Source of the DNA: a bacterium
Lineage (GTDB): Bacteria; Patescibacteriota; Doudnabacteria; UBA920
Assembly: GCA_021825655.1 (NCBI GenBank)
Contig: JAKAGU010000004.1
Span: 11,599 to 75,598, forward strand
Direction: 5' to 3'
Length of the DNA: 64,000 nucleotides
This document shows, one piece after another, positions 25,122 to 34,746 of this stretch. The notes under the pieces are model-generated. The model had not been told where the DNA came from. It made no database searches and was given only the letters and a program-made list of their open reading frames with translations. How positions within the stretch are numbered: position 1 is the first letter of the stretch; every line of letters begins with the position of its first letter. The position numbers and the translations under genes were made by a program.

Positions 25122-26559
25122 TTTTTGTCTCCTTTAGCTCGTAAGCCAGGCGGTTAAAATTACCGACGGCCATAACCACCACAACGTCGCCGGGCCGGAG
25201 CTCTGCTTTCAGAATTTTCAGCGCCTCGTCCTTATCCTTAACGAGCCGAATGGCTTCGGCCTTCTGTTCCATATGTTTTTTAATGGCACCAAGAACTTCC
25301 TCGGAAGTCACGCTGGCGTCTTTCACGCTTTCGCGAGCCGGGTATATCTCGGAAATCAGGACGCGGTCGGCCTCGTCAAAACTGCCAGCCAATTCTGGCA
25401 GCGTGGCTTTGGTTCGCGAAAAAGTGTGGGGTTCAAAAATTGCCCAAACCCGGCTGCCTGGGTACTTCAGCCGCGCGGCCGCCAGGGTTTCTTTTACAGC
25501 CGTTGGGTGATGGGCATAATCATCGATTAAAACCGCGCCATGACTGCTGCCCACCAGTTCAAACCGGCGCTTAATGCCGGCATATGAAAGCAGGTCCAGG
25601 GCAAAAGATTCGGGCTGAAAACCCAGCGCCCTCAGGCAGGCAACGCAGGCCAAGGCGTTATAGACATTCAGCTGGCCGGGAAGCTGGATCTGGTAGTCTT
25701 CAGTCAGGCCCAAAAGCTTGGCGGTTGCGTCCTTGCTTAGGCTGTTTTTAACTTTAAATTTCGTATACTCGGCGTACTCCACGGATTCAACCTGCAAGTC
25801 AGCGGAGTTTTCAATGCCAAAGCTGACGCTGGCCAAATCGGTTTCGTGCACCAACCTCGTAAGCCGCGCGTCATCGGCGTTATACACAACCAGGCCATCT
25901 TCAGGCAGGCCTGCCATTAACTGCCGGAACTCGTCCTCCAGCTCCTCCACGCTTGAAAAAACGTCCGGGTGGTCCAGCTCTAAATTGGTCAACACTAAAA
26001 TATCCGGCTTGTAGTACTGGAATTTAGGCGTTGGGTCGTCGAATTGCGCCTTATACTCATCACCCTCGAACACGGCGTAATGGCCATCACCTGCATAAAA
26101 ATTGCTTTGGTAATTCTGGAGCACGCCGCCCACAATATACGAGCTGTTGTCCTGATGCCTCAGCAGGTGGCCGAGAAGTCCTGCTGTAGTGCTTTTGCCA
26201 TGCGTGCCGGCCACAACAATGCGCAAGCTGTCTTTAAACATCTCATGCAGCAGCTCCGCAAAGCCGCAGCGCGCCAAACCCTGGCTCAAAATTTCTTTAA
26301 CTTCAGGATTGGCTTCGCTCTCGCCTGCTGAGAGCACATACAAGTCCGCTGCCGCAGCGCTGACATGAGCGGCGTCATAACCCAGATGATAGTTGATTTT
26401 AAGCTTGTCCAGCACGCTTTTTGCCGGGTCATAAACCGCCTGACTGTCGCTGCCGGAAACCTCATAACCCCTCTCTTTAGCCAGGCAGGCCACGGCAGAC
26501 ATGGCAATTCCGCCAATGCCTACGAAATATATGCTTTTTACGTCTTCTAAATTCTTCAT
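25111..26559 (-). CDS. MurC/Mpl-family UDP-MurNAc ligase
   Basis: GIGGIAMS, GTHGKSTT, EGDEY..PKF..Y.P, DDYAHHPT, FEPHTFSRT; some motifs are more Mpl-like than MurC-like. Confidence 0.88.
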   Translation of the reverse strand: MKNLEDVKSIYFVGIGGIAMSAVACLAKERGYEVSGSDSQAVYDPAKSVLDKLKINYHLGYDAAHVSAAAADLYVLSAGESEANPEVKEILSQGLARCGFAELLHEMFKDSLRIVVAGTHGKSTTAGLLGHLLRHQDNSSYIVGGVLQNYQSNFYAGDGHYAVFEGDEYKAQFDDPTPKFQYYKPDILVLTNLELDHPDVFSSVEELEDEFRQLMAGLPEDGLVVYNADDARLTRLVHETDLASVSFGIENSADLQVESVEYAEYTKFKVKNSLSKDATAKLLGLTEDYQIQLPGQLNVYNALACVACLRALGFQPESFALDLLSYAGIKRRFELVGSSHGAVLIDDYAHHPTAVKETLAAARLKYPGSRVWAIFEPHTFSRTKATLPELAGSFDEADRVLISEIYPARESVKDASVTSEEVLGAIKKHMEQKAEAIRLVKDKDEALKILKAELRPGDVVVVMAVGNFNRLAYELKETKNAV

Positions 26560-26560
26560 A

Positions 26561-27487
26561 TTATTGTTCCAAAAGTTCCTTTATTTTACCTGAATTTTCC
26601 AAAGCTGTCTGCCTGCCCAGCTCGTAAAACCTGCGGATGGTCTGGGAGGAAAACTCGCTGCGTTTGTATTTGCCCAGCTTGGGCTGAATTAGCATGTCGC
26701 AGGGCGGCTCTTGTAGATCCAGCTTTTGGGCGGCTAAAGCAATGTCCAGGCTTTTGCCTAACACGGAAAAAGTGCGGGGTCTTTTTTCTTCCTCTTCGGT
26801 TTCCGGAATCAGGCTGATTATCCAGTCCAGCATCTCGTTGATTTCTTCAACAAAAAATATTTTTTTCATCAAGTTGTACATTTTTTTCACGGTCAGCTGT
26901 TTGGAGGTAAAAATGTGCTTAGTGCCGCGCAAAGTAACGCCCACCACCACGTCAACGCTGGCCTGTTTCAGGCTTTCGGTGGGTACAATGGTTAAAAGCC
27001 CGCCGTCCACCAAGGTCCGTCCGCCCCAGACCACAGGCTCAAAAATCCCCGGGAGGGTGCAGGAAATCCTGGCCGCGCGGGCAATGTCGCCCATTTGCAT
27101 CAAAACTTTTTCCCCGGTCTCCACGTCCACGCAGGAAAAAGACATAAGAGGGCGGACATCTTCGAATCTCAAACCTTTGGTATATTTGCGGATTTCTTCT
27201 TCCACTAAATCCAAAGAATAATAGCCGCCTCCGTTACCCTTAAGCACCAGCTGTTTTATCTGGGCTGTGTCCAAATTTAAAACCCGCTCCTTGAATTCAG
27301 GCAAAGACCCGCAGGCATAGGCTGCCGCCACCAGGCTGCCGCCACTGCAGACTGAAATATAGTCCGGCCGCAAGCCCTGCTCGTCCAGAACTTCCAAAAA
27401 ACCGATATAGAAACTGCTTCGGTTGCCGCTGCCGCTTAAAGCCAGCCCGAATGTTCTTCTCTTTTTGTCATCTGGGTTACTTTGCAT
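26561..27487 (-). CDS. Patatin-like phospholipase (RssA/NTE family), divergent motifs
   Basis: GLALSGSGNR, VCSGG, SCTLPGIFEPV, LVDGG. Confidence 0.8.
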   Translation of the reverse strand: MQSNPDDKKRRTFGLALSGSGNRSSFYIGFLEVLDEQGLRPDYISVCSGGSLVAAAYACGSLPEFKERVLNLDTAQIKQLVLKGNGGGYYSLDLVEEEIRKYTKGLRFEDVRPLMSFSCVDVETGEKVLMQMGDIARAARISCTLPGIFEPVVWGGRTLVDGGLLTIVPTESLKQASVDVVVGVTLRGTKHIFTSKQLTVKKMYNLMKKIFFVEEINEMLDWIISLIPETEEEEKRPRTFSVLGKSLDIALAAQKLDLQEPPCDMLIQPKLGKYKRSEFSSQTIRRFYELGRQTALENSGKIKELLEQ

Positions 27488-28589
27488 GGTGTTTTTCGGC
27501 CAAGAGGGCGACTTCGCCGGCAATTTTTTCCGCCGCATCATGCGGCATAATCTTGTGTATGTTTTTCAGCATGGATTTTTGCATGTCGTATTTAAACAAC
27601 AACTTCCTGACCACGTAAGCCAGCGCATCGGCCGAAAGATGTTCCTGCGGCAAAACTAAAGCGGCTTGGGTGCGGTCTAGATAATAACCGTTGAGTTCCT
27701 GGTGAGTGTCCGGCATGGGTACCACAATCGCCAACTTGCTTAGAAAGGACAATTCGCTAATGGTGGACAAACCGGCCCGGCACAGCACAATATCCGCTGC
27801 CGCGTACGCCAGGTCCACGCGGTCAATAAAATCAAACACGCGATAATGGGCCTGATCATTCAGCCCTTCGCGGCCCCGGCCCTGGGATCCGGCTGAGTGG
27901 ATTATCTGCACAGTTTTCTTCAGCTTGGGCAAGGCCTCTTGGATTAGCCGGTTCAGGAAGACTGAACCGGTGCCGCCGCCCATAACGTAGAGCACGGGCA
28001 GGTCAGAGGACAGGTTAAAATATTTCAAGGCCTCAGCTTTGTCTGCGCTGGCCAAATTGGGCCTGACAGGATTGCCGGTGACCTGAATCTTGTCAGCCCC
28101 GGGTCTGCGGTAAAAAAAGCCCACGCCCGACAAAAAATGCTTGGCAGTCGCCTCGAAAGTTACGGTAATTTTTTTGGCCGGAAACTGGCAAAGCGTGTTT
28201 GCTAAACTGGGGAGAACATCTTGTTGGTGAATGACACTGGGTATGCCCAAAAGCCAGCCAGCCCAGACCAGCGGGACCTGCACATATCCGCCGGCACAAA
28301 AAATACAGTCAATCTTCTTACGTTTTAATAAAAACAGGGCTTGCACGAAACCGAGCAGCAACGCAAAAGGCGTCAGCAGGTTTTTCCAGGAAAAATACCT
28401 CCTCAGCTTGCCCGAAGCGATGCTGGTAAATTCCAGCCCCGCCGCCTCAGCCATTCTATGCTCCGGGCCGCGGCGGGTTCCGACAAACAATAGTCGGGCT
28501 TTAGGGTGCTGAAATTTTAAATTTTGGGCAACGGCCAAAACGGGTGCGACTGGGCCGCCGGTGCCGCCGCCGGCAAATAAAATATTCAT
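27477..28589 (-). CDS. murG: MurG glycosyltransferase
   Basis: GGGTGG, GKLRRY, GGYV, TGNPVR, CRAGLSTISE, HQELN. Confidence 0.93.
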   Translation of the reverse strand: MNILFAGGGTGGPVAPVLAVAQNLKFQHPKARLLFVGTRRGPEHRMAEAAGLEFTSIASGKLRRYFSWKNLLTPFALLLGFVQALFLLKRKKIDCIFCAGGYVQVPLVWAGWLLGIPSVIHQQDVLPSLANTLCQFPAKKITVTFEATAKHFLSGVGFFYRRPGADKIQVTGNPVRPNLASADKAEALKYFNLSSDLPVLYVMGGGTGSVFLNRLIQEALPKLKKTVQIIHSAGSQGRGREGLNDQAHYRVFDFIDRVDLAYAAADIVLCRAGLSTISELSFLSKLAIVVPMPDTHQELNGYYLDRTQAALVLPQEHLSADALAYVVRKLLFKYDMQKSMLKNIHKIMPHDAAEKIAGEVALLAEKHHAK

Positions 28590-29731
28590 GGCTGGATGGC
28601 TTTATTTGCTAAAACTCGCTCATAAACTTCACGGGTTGCCGCAGCAGTTGCAGCCCAAGAAAAATTACCCGCGCGCTGCAAACTGTTATCCGCAATCTTG
28701 CCGCGGAACTCCCGATCCCGGGCCAAAAGCTGGAGTTTTTCAGCAATATCCTCGGGATCTAAAGGGTTAAAATAGATGGCTGCGTTATCGTAAATCTCGT
28801 TGAATACTTCTGTATTGGAAACCGCAAGCGGCAGGCCGTAATGCATGGCCTCCACCCCGGGCAAGCCGAATCCTTCGTGCAGCGAGGCTGAAGTAAAAGC
28901 ATAAGCCCCCGCGTACAGGGCAGCCAAGTCAACGTCTGACACATAGTCCGTCAATACCAGGCGGTCGCGGTTCTTGATATCTAACACCTTGTGGCGGATT
29001 TCCGGGTAATGGGAATCGGCCTTGCCGGCAATCACCAAATCCATGTCCTGATGGTATTTTTTAATAAAGACGTCAAACCCCCGGGCCAGGCTGACCAGAT
29101 TTTTTTTACGCTCCATGACACCCACAAACAAAAAGTAGGGGCGGTTCAAAAAATACTTTTGTTTGACTGCCTCAACCCGGTCGGGACTGGCGCTGGCAAA
29201 AAAAGATACGCCTTCGTAGATTACCTTAACTTTATCCGCGGGAACGTTCAACAAACGGGTTATGTCGCGCTTGGAATATTCCGATACCGTAATGATTTCT
29301 GCCGCAGCCTTGGCGGCATGCTCAATCACCTTTTTATAGGCCCAAAAATGCGGTAGGCGGGTTTTTTTCGCCCCGCTGATTTTATGATGCACCATATCAT
29401 GAATAGTGACAACAAACGGCGTATTAAACGCCAGCGGTACGTTAAAATTCGGAAAGTGCATAAGGTCCAAGCCTGCTTTCTTCAGCTGGCGGTAAAACTG
29501 CCACTGTTCCCTGAGAGAATAGTGCCGGACATTGGACTCAACCAGCCTGACGCGGGTATGCCGGGCCAGCACGTCAAACACTGCATCGTTTTTTAAATCA
29601 CGATTATAAAATAGGGCAAACTCGTGCGGCAAATCCAATTGCAACAACCCCAAAACCAGCTCTTTCACATAGCGTCCAATGCCGCCATGGGCGGTTCCCA
29701 TCATTCTGATATCAATGCCGATTTTCGCCAT
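28586..29731 (-). CDS. GT4 family glycosyltransferase
   Basis: GGIGRY, VTIHD, RKKN, EGFGLPGVEAM. Confidence 0.9.
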   Translation of the reverse strand: MAKIGIDIRMMGTAHGGIGRYVKELVLGLLQLDLPHEFALFYNRDLKNDAVFDVLARHTRVRLVESNVRHYSLREQWQFYRQLKKAGLDLMHFPNFNVPLAFNTPFVVTIHDMVHHKISGAKKTRLPHFWAYKKVIEHAAKAAAEIITVSEYSKRDITRLLNVPADKVKVIYEGVSFFASASPDRVEAVKQKYFLNRPYFLFVGVMERKKNLVSLARGFDVFIKKYHQDMDLVIAGKADSHYPEIRHKVLDIKNRDRLVLTDYVSDVDLAALYAGAYAFTSASLHEGFGLPGVEAMHYGLPLAVSNTEVFNEIYDNAAIYFNPLDPEDIAEKLQLLARDREFRGKIADNSLQRAGNFSWAATAAATREVYERVLANKAIQP

Positions 29732-29732
29732 T

Positions 29733-30851
29733 TTAACGTCCTGTAATTAAGGCTAAAGTCTCCCGGGCTGTTTTTTCCCAAGCATAAGTCCTGGCTTTTG
29801 CCTGGGCTTTTTCCCCCAAAGTTTTAGCCAAACCCGGCTCATCCAGCAGCAGATTAAAGGCGGCAAGCAAACTCTGCGGATCATGCGGGTTGACCAACAG
29901 CGAGGCTGAACCCAAAACTTCGGGCAAAGAAGTGACGCTGCTGACCACAGCGGGACGGCCGCAGGCCCCAGCTTCAAGTGGCTGGAAGCCGAAGCCCTCG
30001 TAAAAACTTGGGTAAACCAAAAATTTGGCCATGCGCATAAGCGCTGGCTTATGGTCTTCCTGGACATAGCCTAAAAACTTAATCCGGTGGGCTTTCGCGC
30101 TCCGTTTTATTTGCTTAAGCAGGCCGCGGTATTTCCAGCCGGGTTTGCCCGCTACAACCAAAAAAATGTCCTTATCCAAGCGCTCAAAAGCCTTGATTAG
30201 GTTGCCTAAATTTTTTCGCGGTTCCAGGGTATTTAAAAACAGCATGTAGTCACCCGGCAAACCATACAGGTTCCGCACCAGGCGGAGCGCACTTTCCGGC
30301 AAGTCCGGCTTAAACAGGTTAGCGTTGACTCCGGGATAGACGGTTTTAATTTTTGACTCGTTGATGCCCAACAGCCTGATTAAATCCTGGCGCGTATAAT
30401 CGGAAACCGCCGCGATGGCATCGGCCCGTTCAAAAATTTTACGGTAATTCAAAAACTTATGCCACAATCTTCTCTTAACGTCATAAAATTCTGGAGTCAC
30501 CAGCGGCGACAGGTCGTGAGCAGTCACCACCAAGCGAGCCTGGCTTTTTAGGCAAAACTGGTTTGGGTTGGGCATAAACAGAACATCAAACTCCCCAATA
30601 AGTTTTTCAAAATTCAAGGCGCCGGTCTTGAGGCCCAGGTTCAAAAATTTGTTGGGGTAGCGGGAATTCACCAATTGGGAATTTACAAAATGAAAATCGC
30701 TCAAAGCTTTCCGCTGGAACGCGTTATAGAATAAAATATAGGTGTTGGACTTGTCCAGTTTTAACATATGGTCCAAGAGGTTTAAAATATAGTTTTCCAC
30801 TCCGGACACATAACCGCTGGACAAGCTCCTTAAGTCAATGGCGATTTTCAT
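29733..30851 (-). CDS. GT4 family glycosyltransferase
   Basis: MKIAIDLR..SGVENY, LEPRKN, YPSFYEGFGFQPLEA; start reassigned to ATG 30851. Confidence 0.9.
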   Translation of the reverse strand: MKIAIDLRSLSSGYVSGVENYILNLLDHMLKLDKSNTYILFYNAFQRKALSDFHFVNSQLVNSRYPNKFLNLGLKTGALNFEKLIGEFDVLFMPNPNQFCLKSQARLVVTAHDLSPLVTPEFYDVKRRLWHKFLNYRKIFERADAIAAVSDYTRQDLIRLLGINESKIKTVYPGVNANLFKPDLPESALRLVRNLYGLPGDYMLFLNTLEPRKNLGNLIKAFERLDKDIFLVVAGKPGWKYRGLLKQIKRSAKAHRIKFLGYVQEDHKPALMRMAKFLVYPSFYEGFGFQPLEAGACGRPAVVSSVTSLPEVLGSASLLVNPHDPQSLLAAFNLLLDEPGLAKTLGEKAQAKARTYAWEKTARETLALITGR

Positions 30852-31953
30852 GATTGGGGCGATTAGCCGAAACAAAAATATTTTCAACAGCCTTTTTAAA
30901 ACCGGCTTGAAATTGCGCCAGACTGAATCGCTCAGCATGGTGGCGCAGCTCTTCCGGCCGGTATTTCTCCTGCTGCCATCTGCGAACAAGCTGACCAAGC
31001 TGCTCAAAATCGCCTTGGTCAAACAGCTCGCCGGTTCTCCCAGGGATAATGGTTTCCAGGCTACCGCCTTCGCTTACGCCCAGACTGGCAGTTCCGCAGG
31101 CCGCGGCCTCCAGGGGCATGAGGCCGAAGTCTTCGACTTGGGGATAAATGAAAGCCCGGGCTCCGCTGTATTCATTCCTGAGAGCATCATCACTGACTCT
31201 GCCCAAAAATTTTATATTAGGCTTGGCCAGCTTCTTGAGTAAAGCTTCCTGGCGCCCTGTGCCGGCCACATGCAAGGGCAAGCCCGACTCGTTAAACAGC
31301 TTTATAACCGCGTCGTTGTTTTTGTGCGCCTGCAACCGGCCGGCGATTAAAAAATAATCCTGCTTATCACCCGTTTTGTGCCAAAAATCCGTATCCACCG
31401 GCGGATAAACAATCCCCGCCTCACGGCCGTAAAACTTTTTTATCCGGGCCTGTACTTCGCGCGAATTAGCAAAAAAAGCCGTCACTTGCTGAGCCCGTTT
31501 ATAGTCCCAGCGACGCAGCCATTTAAGAAGCAATCCAATGACCGGCCTAAAGACCTTCAAAAACCAAGGCAGCTCCTGAGTCAGATAATCGTGATCCAGC
31601 CACAAAAAACGCGTTGGCGTGTGGCAATAATCGATATGAACGGTATTTTTTGGCACGTGAATGTTTTTTGCAAAGCTGGAACTGGAAGAAATCACCAGGT
31701 CATAACCCTTAAAACTCCAAGTTTTCAACGCCGTAGGAATCAAGGGGAAAAAATACTGGAACTTGGGAAAAATTTGATACAAACGCTGCAGCCAAGACAC
31801 GCGGATATCCCAGGTGGAATACTTTTCCCAAAGTTTTTTGCTAGCCACAAGAACAAAAACCGGCGCTTCGGGATAGAGTCCGTGAAGTGCCTGCAAAACC
31901 CGCTCCGCTCCGCCTTCCTGCGTCAAACTGTCGTGAACTAAGGCAATTTTCAT
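30835..31953 (-). CDS. GT4 family glycosyltransferase
   Basis: MKIALVHD..GGAERV, YCHTPTR, EDFGLMPLEA. Confidence 0.9.
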   Translation of the reverse strand: MKIALVHDSLTQEGGAERVLQALHGLYPEAPVFVLVASKKLWEKYSTWDIRVSWLQRLYQIFPKFQYFFPLIPTALKTWSFKGYDLVISSSSSFAKNIHVPKNTVHIDYCHTPTRFLWLDHDYLTQELPWFLKVFRPVIGLLLKWLRRWDYKRAQQVTAFFANSREVQARIKKFYGREAGIVYPPVDTDFWHKTGDKQDYFLIAGRLQAHKNNDAVIKLFNESGLPLHVAGTGRQEALLKKLAKPNIKFLGRVSDDALRNEYSGARAFIYPQVEDFGLMPLEAAACGTASLGVSEGGSLETIIPGRTGELFDQGDFEQLGQLVRRWQQEKYRPEELRHHAERFSLAQFQAGFKKAVENIFVSANRPNHENRH

Positions 31954-33390
31954 CTAGTAGTCTTCCTTGGGTTTTTTCGAAAAAAACAGCAACCAAAATG
32001 ACTTAATCAAAATTTTTAGGTCCAACCAAAGCGACCAGTTTTCTATATAAAAAGTATTAAGCTTGATTTCTTCCTCGAAAGGCAAATCAGGCCAAGAAAC
32101 CTGGGCGATTTGAGAAAGGCCAAAAATCCCCGGCTTGATGGAAAACATTCGGCGGTAGCGGCTCCTGTACCTTTCAACTTCGTCCAGGACGTGAGCCCGG
32201 GGGCCGACCATGCTCATGTCGCCAATCAGCACATTCCAAAACTGGGGAATTTCGTCCAGCTTGGTGCGCCTTAAAAACCTGCCTACTCGCGTCACCCTGG
32301 GGTCGTGTTTTATCTTCAAAAATGGCGCGTCTTTGCCGCCGCGGTCATTTTTTTGCCACAATTCCTGCCTCACCTTTTCCGCTTCGTCGCCGCCGTATTT
32401 TTCCCCCACGCTTAAATGGCTGTACATGCTGCGAAACTTAAAAAATCTGAAGTCCCTGCCGCGCCCTCCCCGCATGGCTGCGTAAATGATTCGCCCGGGA
32501 CTGTCCAGTTTTATGGCAATGGCAATCAGCAGAAAAAACGGCGAAGTGAGAGCCAGACAAATGGCAGCCACCACGACATCAAGCATTCTTTTAACAACCT
32601 TGCCCCAGCCGTCAAGCGGAGTATTTTTTAAAACGATAACGGGGAAACCGCCGAGATTTGCTGTTTCAATGGCATTTTTTTGCACTTCGAATAAATTGGG
32701 AACAAAAGCAAAAGCCAATCCTTTATTGCGCGCGAACTGGACCAGCTTCAGGTTTTCCTCCTCGCTTAAACCCGGATTGGCCTGCAAAATTTCATCTATG
32801 CCGGCCTGGCTGTACACATCATCCAGCCGCTCAGCCAATCCGGATCCGCTGGGCAACTCTTTGACCACGCGAAAACCCAGAGATTTGTCCGAGTAAATTT
32901 TTTCAATCACCGCTGCCGTGCCCGAATCGCCATTGATAATTACCAAACGGTGCAAACCGAACCCTTTGGCAAAAGTCCATTTTTGCAATAGCTTGATAAG
33001 CACCCGGCCGAAGACTACAAACAAAATACCCAGAGCCCAGCTGGCCAAAATAATAAAACGGGAAGGAAAAATGCTCTGATCGAAAAAGAACAGCAAAATA
33101 ATGACCAATAGCCCCAGGGAAATCCCCACGGTGACACGGCTGATTTCCTGCCACAGCCGGCGTGCACCTTTAAGGTTATATAGCCCCAAAAAGGCAAAAA
33201 CCAAAAGCAAAATGGGGATAATATACCCTGCAAAGCCCAAAAATTGTCCGAAAGACAGCTGGTAAATAATGGGTTTGGAAATTATACTGGGTTGCAAACG
33301 CAGATAAAAAGAGGCAACCTCTGCCAGGAGAAGCATCAGGGCGTCGACAGGGATTGAAAGTAGGTTAAAAGCGAGTTCGGATTTCTTCAT
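31954..33390 (-). CDS. Polyprenyl-phosphate sugar phosphotransferase (WcaJ/WbaP-type initiating enzyme)
   Basis: Four N-terminal TMs plus KRMLD, FKFRSM, DPRVTRVGRFLRRTKLDEIPQFWNVLIGDMSMVGPR, YIENWSLWLD. Confidence 0.92.
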   Translation of the reverse strand: MKKSELAFNLLSIPVDALMLLLAEVASFYLRLQPSIISKPIIYQLSFGQFLGFAGYIIPILLLVFAFLGLYNLKGARRLWQEISRVTVGISLGLLVIILLFFFDQSIFPSRFIILASWALGILFVVFGRVLIKLLQKWTFAKGFGLHRLVIINGDSGTAAVIEKIYSDKSLGFRVVKELPSGSGLAERLDDVYSQAGIDEILQANPGLSEEENLKLVQFARNKGLAFAFVPNLFEVQKNAIETANLGGFPVIVLKNTPLDGWGKVVKRMLDVVVAAICLALTSPFFLLIAIAIKLDSPGRIIYAAMRGGRGRDFRFFKFRSMYSHLSVGEKYGGDEAEKVRQELWQKNDRGGKDAPFLKIKHDPRVTRVGRFLRRTKLDEIPQFWNVLIGDMSMVGPRAHVLDEVERYRSRYRRMFSIKPGIFGLSQIAQVSWPDLPFEEEIKLNTFYIENWSLWLDLKILIKSFWLLFFSKKPKEDY

Positions 33391-33401
33391 ATTCAGGTGT
33401 T

Positions 33402-33410
33402 ATTATACCA
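33402..33410 (-). promoter_or_regulatory. Extended -10 (TGGTATAAT) for the sugar-transferase operon
   Basis: Ends 11 nt before the ATG. Confidence 0.6.
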
Positions 33411-33453
33411 TTTTTGGCCATTAAATCAAAAAATAGTACTTGCAAGTCTATAT

Positions 33454-33489
33454 CAAATAACACCATCCAACGTTGGATGGTGTTATTTG
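33454..33489. repeat. Perfect 36-bp palindrome at the 3' end of rnpB (probable terminator or REP-like element)
   Basis: CAAATAACACCATCCAAC|GTTGGATGGTGTTATTTG, no spacer. Confidence 0.85.
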
Positions 33490-33825
33490 GCTTTAAGCAA
33501 ACTCGTAAGCCGAATTCTGTTTCTAAATAATCATCTATCTGGTTCTGCCGTTGCCGGCAAAATCAAGCAGCCTACCAAACTTGGCCTTGCACCCAGGTAA
33601 GGATTTAGCCGTTTCACTCCCCGCGTTACCGCTGGGATTCAGCCAGCCTTGCGGCTGGCTGGTTGCTTTTTTTCAAAAACAACCGTCACTGTTCGCACCT
33701 CTAAGGTTACCCTCGGCGGGCGTTACCCGCTACCCCGTTGATAACTCTTAAGTGGTTATCAACCAAGTGTTCGGACTTTCCTCCCCGTGAAATTCACAGG
33801 GCGATTATTCGATTTGCTTAAAGCC
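33489..33825 (-). ncRNA. rnpB: RNase P RNA
   Basis: Minus strand has GAGGAAAGUCC and ACAGAAUUCGGCUUA (P4 halves), terminal P1 GGCUUUAAGCAAA/UUUGCUUAAAGCC, GUGAAACGG, GCAAG. Confidence 0.95.
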
Positions 33826-33831
33826 GTAGAC

Positions 33832-33860
33832 ATTGTAGCATGTTCTGCGTAAAAAGTCAA
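33832..33860 (-). promoter_or_regulatory. Sigma70 promoter of rnpB
   Basis: TTGACT, 17 bp, TACAAT ending 6 nt before the RNA 5' end. Confidence 0.8.
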
Positions 33861-33869
33861 CGGGGCGTT

Positions 33870-34646
33870 TTATTTTACTTCGAAAGTCAGAGTCATGCTT
33901 TCTGTCACATCCTGGCTGCCCGGTTCGATATTCGGTGAAATTGATTTTGCAACAGAATCAGAGCCACCCCCGCCCATTCCGTATCCCCCGTAATAAGGCA
34001 CCGCGCCCGAATCGCCCGCACCCGTTTGAGAAACACTAACCACTCTGCCTAACGATAATCCGGAAACTTTGGCCAACTCCTCTGCCCTTACTTTCGCTTT
34101 TTCTATGGCTTGTTCCCTTGCGATTTGCTTTAAATTGTCCGGATCATCAAAGCCTAAAGAAACGCCGCTGATTTCGTTGGCACCCGCTTGTGTGGAATCG
34201 GCTAAAATTTTCGCCAAAACTTGCGTTGACTTGTCCACGCCTTTGACCTGCACCACGATGGTCTGCCTGGCTTCATAGCCTACAATGTCATTCTTGCCGT
34301 CTTTATAATTATACTGGGGATATATGTTAAACTGCGAGGTGGAAATATCATCTTTAGACACACCCTGCTGTTTTACAAAGTCGATGATCTTATTTACCTT
34401 CTTGCTGCTTTCGTCCTGGACAGCCGCCGAACTCGGGCCCTGGGTTACCACGCCCAGGTTAATAGTTGCCATGTCGGGCACGGCCTTAACTTTGCCTTCA
34501 GCCGTTACTGTCATGGTATTTTTCGGCACACGGCCGCTGTACCTGTCTGCTAAATCCTGGTACTTTGCCACGGCGGCAAGCGCCAAAAAAAGCATTAGCA
34601 GCACGGACACTCCAGCCACTGACCATTTTGGGAAAACGTTTTCCAT
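33870..34646 (-). CDS. SIMPL (DUF541/YggE) domain protein
   Basis: TM then TVTAEGKVKAVPDMATINLGV, GANEISG, AIEKAKVRAEELA..LGRV, IEPGSQ. Confidence 0.9.
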   Translation of the reverse strand: MENVFPKWSVAGVSVLLMLFLALAAVAKYQDLADRYSGRVPKNTMTVTAEGKVKAVPDMATINLGVVTQGPSSAAVQDESSKKVNKIIDFVKQQGVSKDDISTSQFNIYPQYNYKDGKNDIVGYEARQTIVVQVKGVDKSTQVLAKILADSTQAGANEISGVSLGFDDPDNLKQIAREQAIEKAKVRAEELAKVSGLSLGRVVSVSQTGAGDSGAVPYYGGYGMGGGGSDSVAKSISPNIEPGSQDVTESMTLTFEVK

Positions 34647-34700
34647 ATGTTTTGTGCACTTAATTGTATATAAATATTATACGGTAAATGTAAAAAAAGT

Positions 34701-34730
34701 AACAAAAAGCCTCCGGAATACCGGAGGCTT
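34701..34730 (-). terminator. Terminator after rpsI
   Basis: AAGCCTCCGG-TATT-CCGGAGGCTT-TTTGTT. Confidence 0.85.
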
Positions 34731-34746
34731 GTAAGAAATACGGGGA

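Noticed and set aside
30852-31022. Long N-terminal extensions in the ORF track (also 14421, 15910, 27541, 49038, 50875, 58144, 63264)
   Set aside because: Upstream alternative starts overlap neighbours or promoters; downstream ATGs fit family N-termini and coupling
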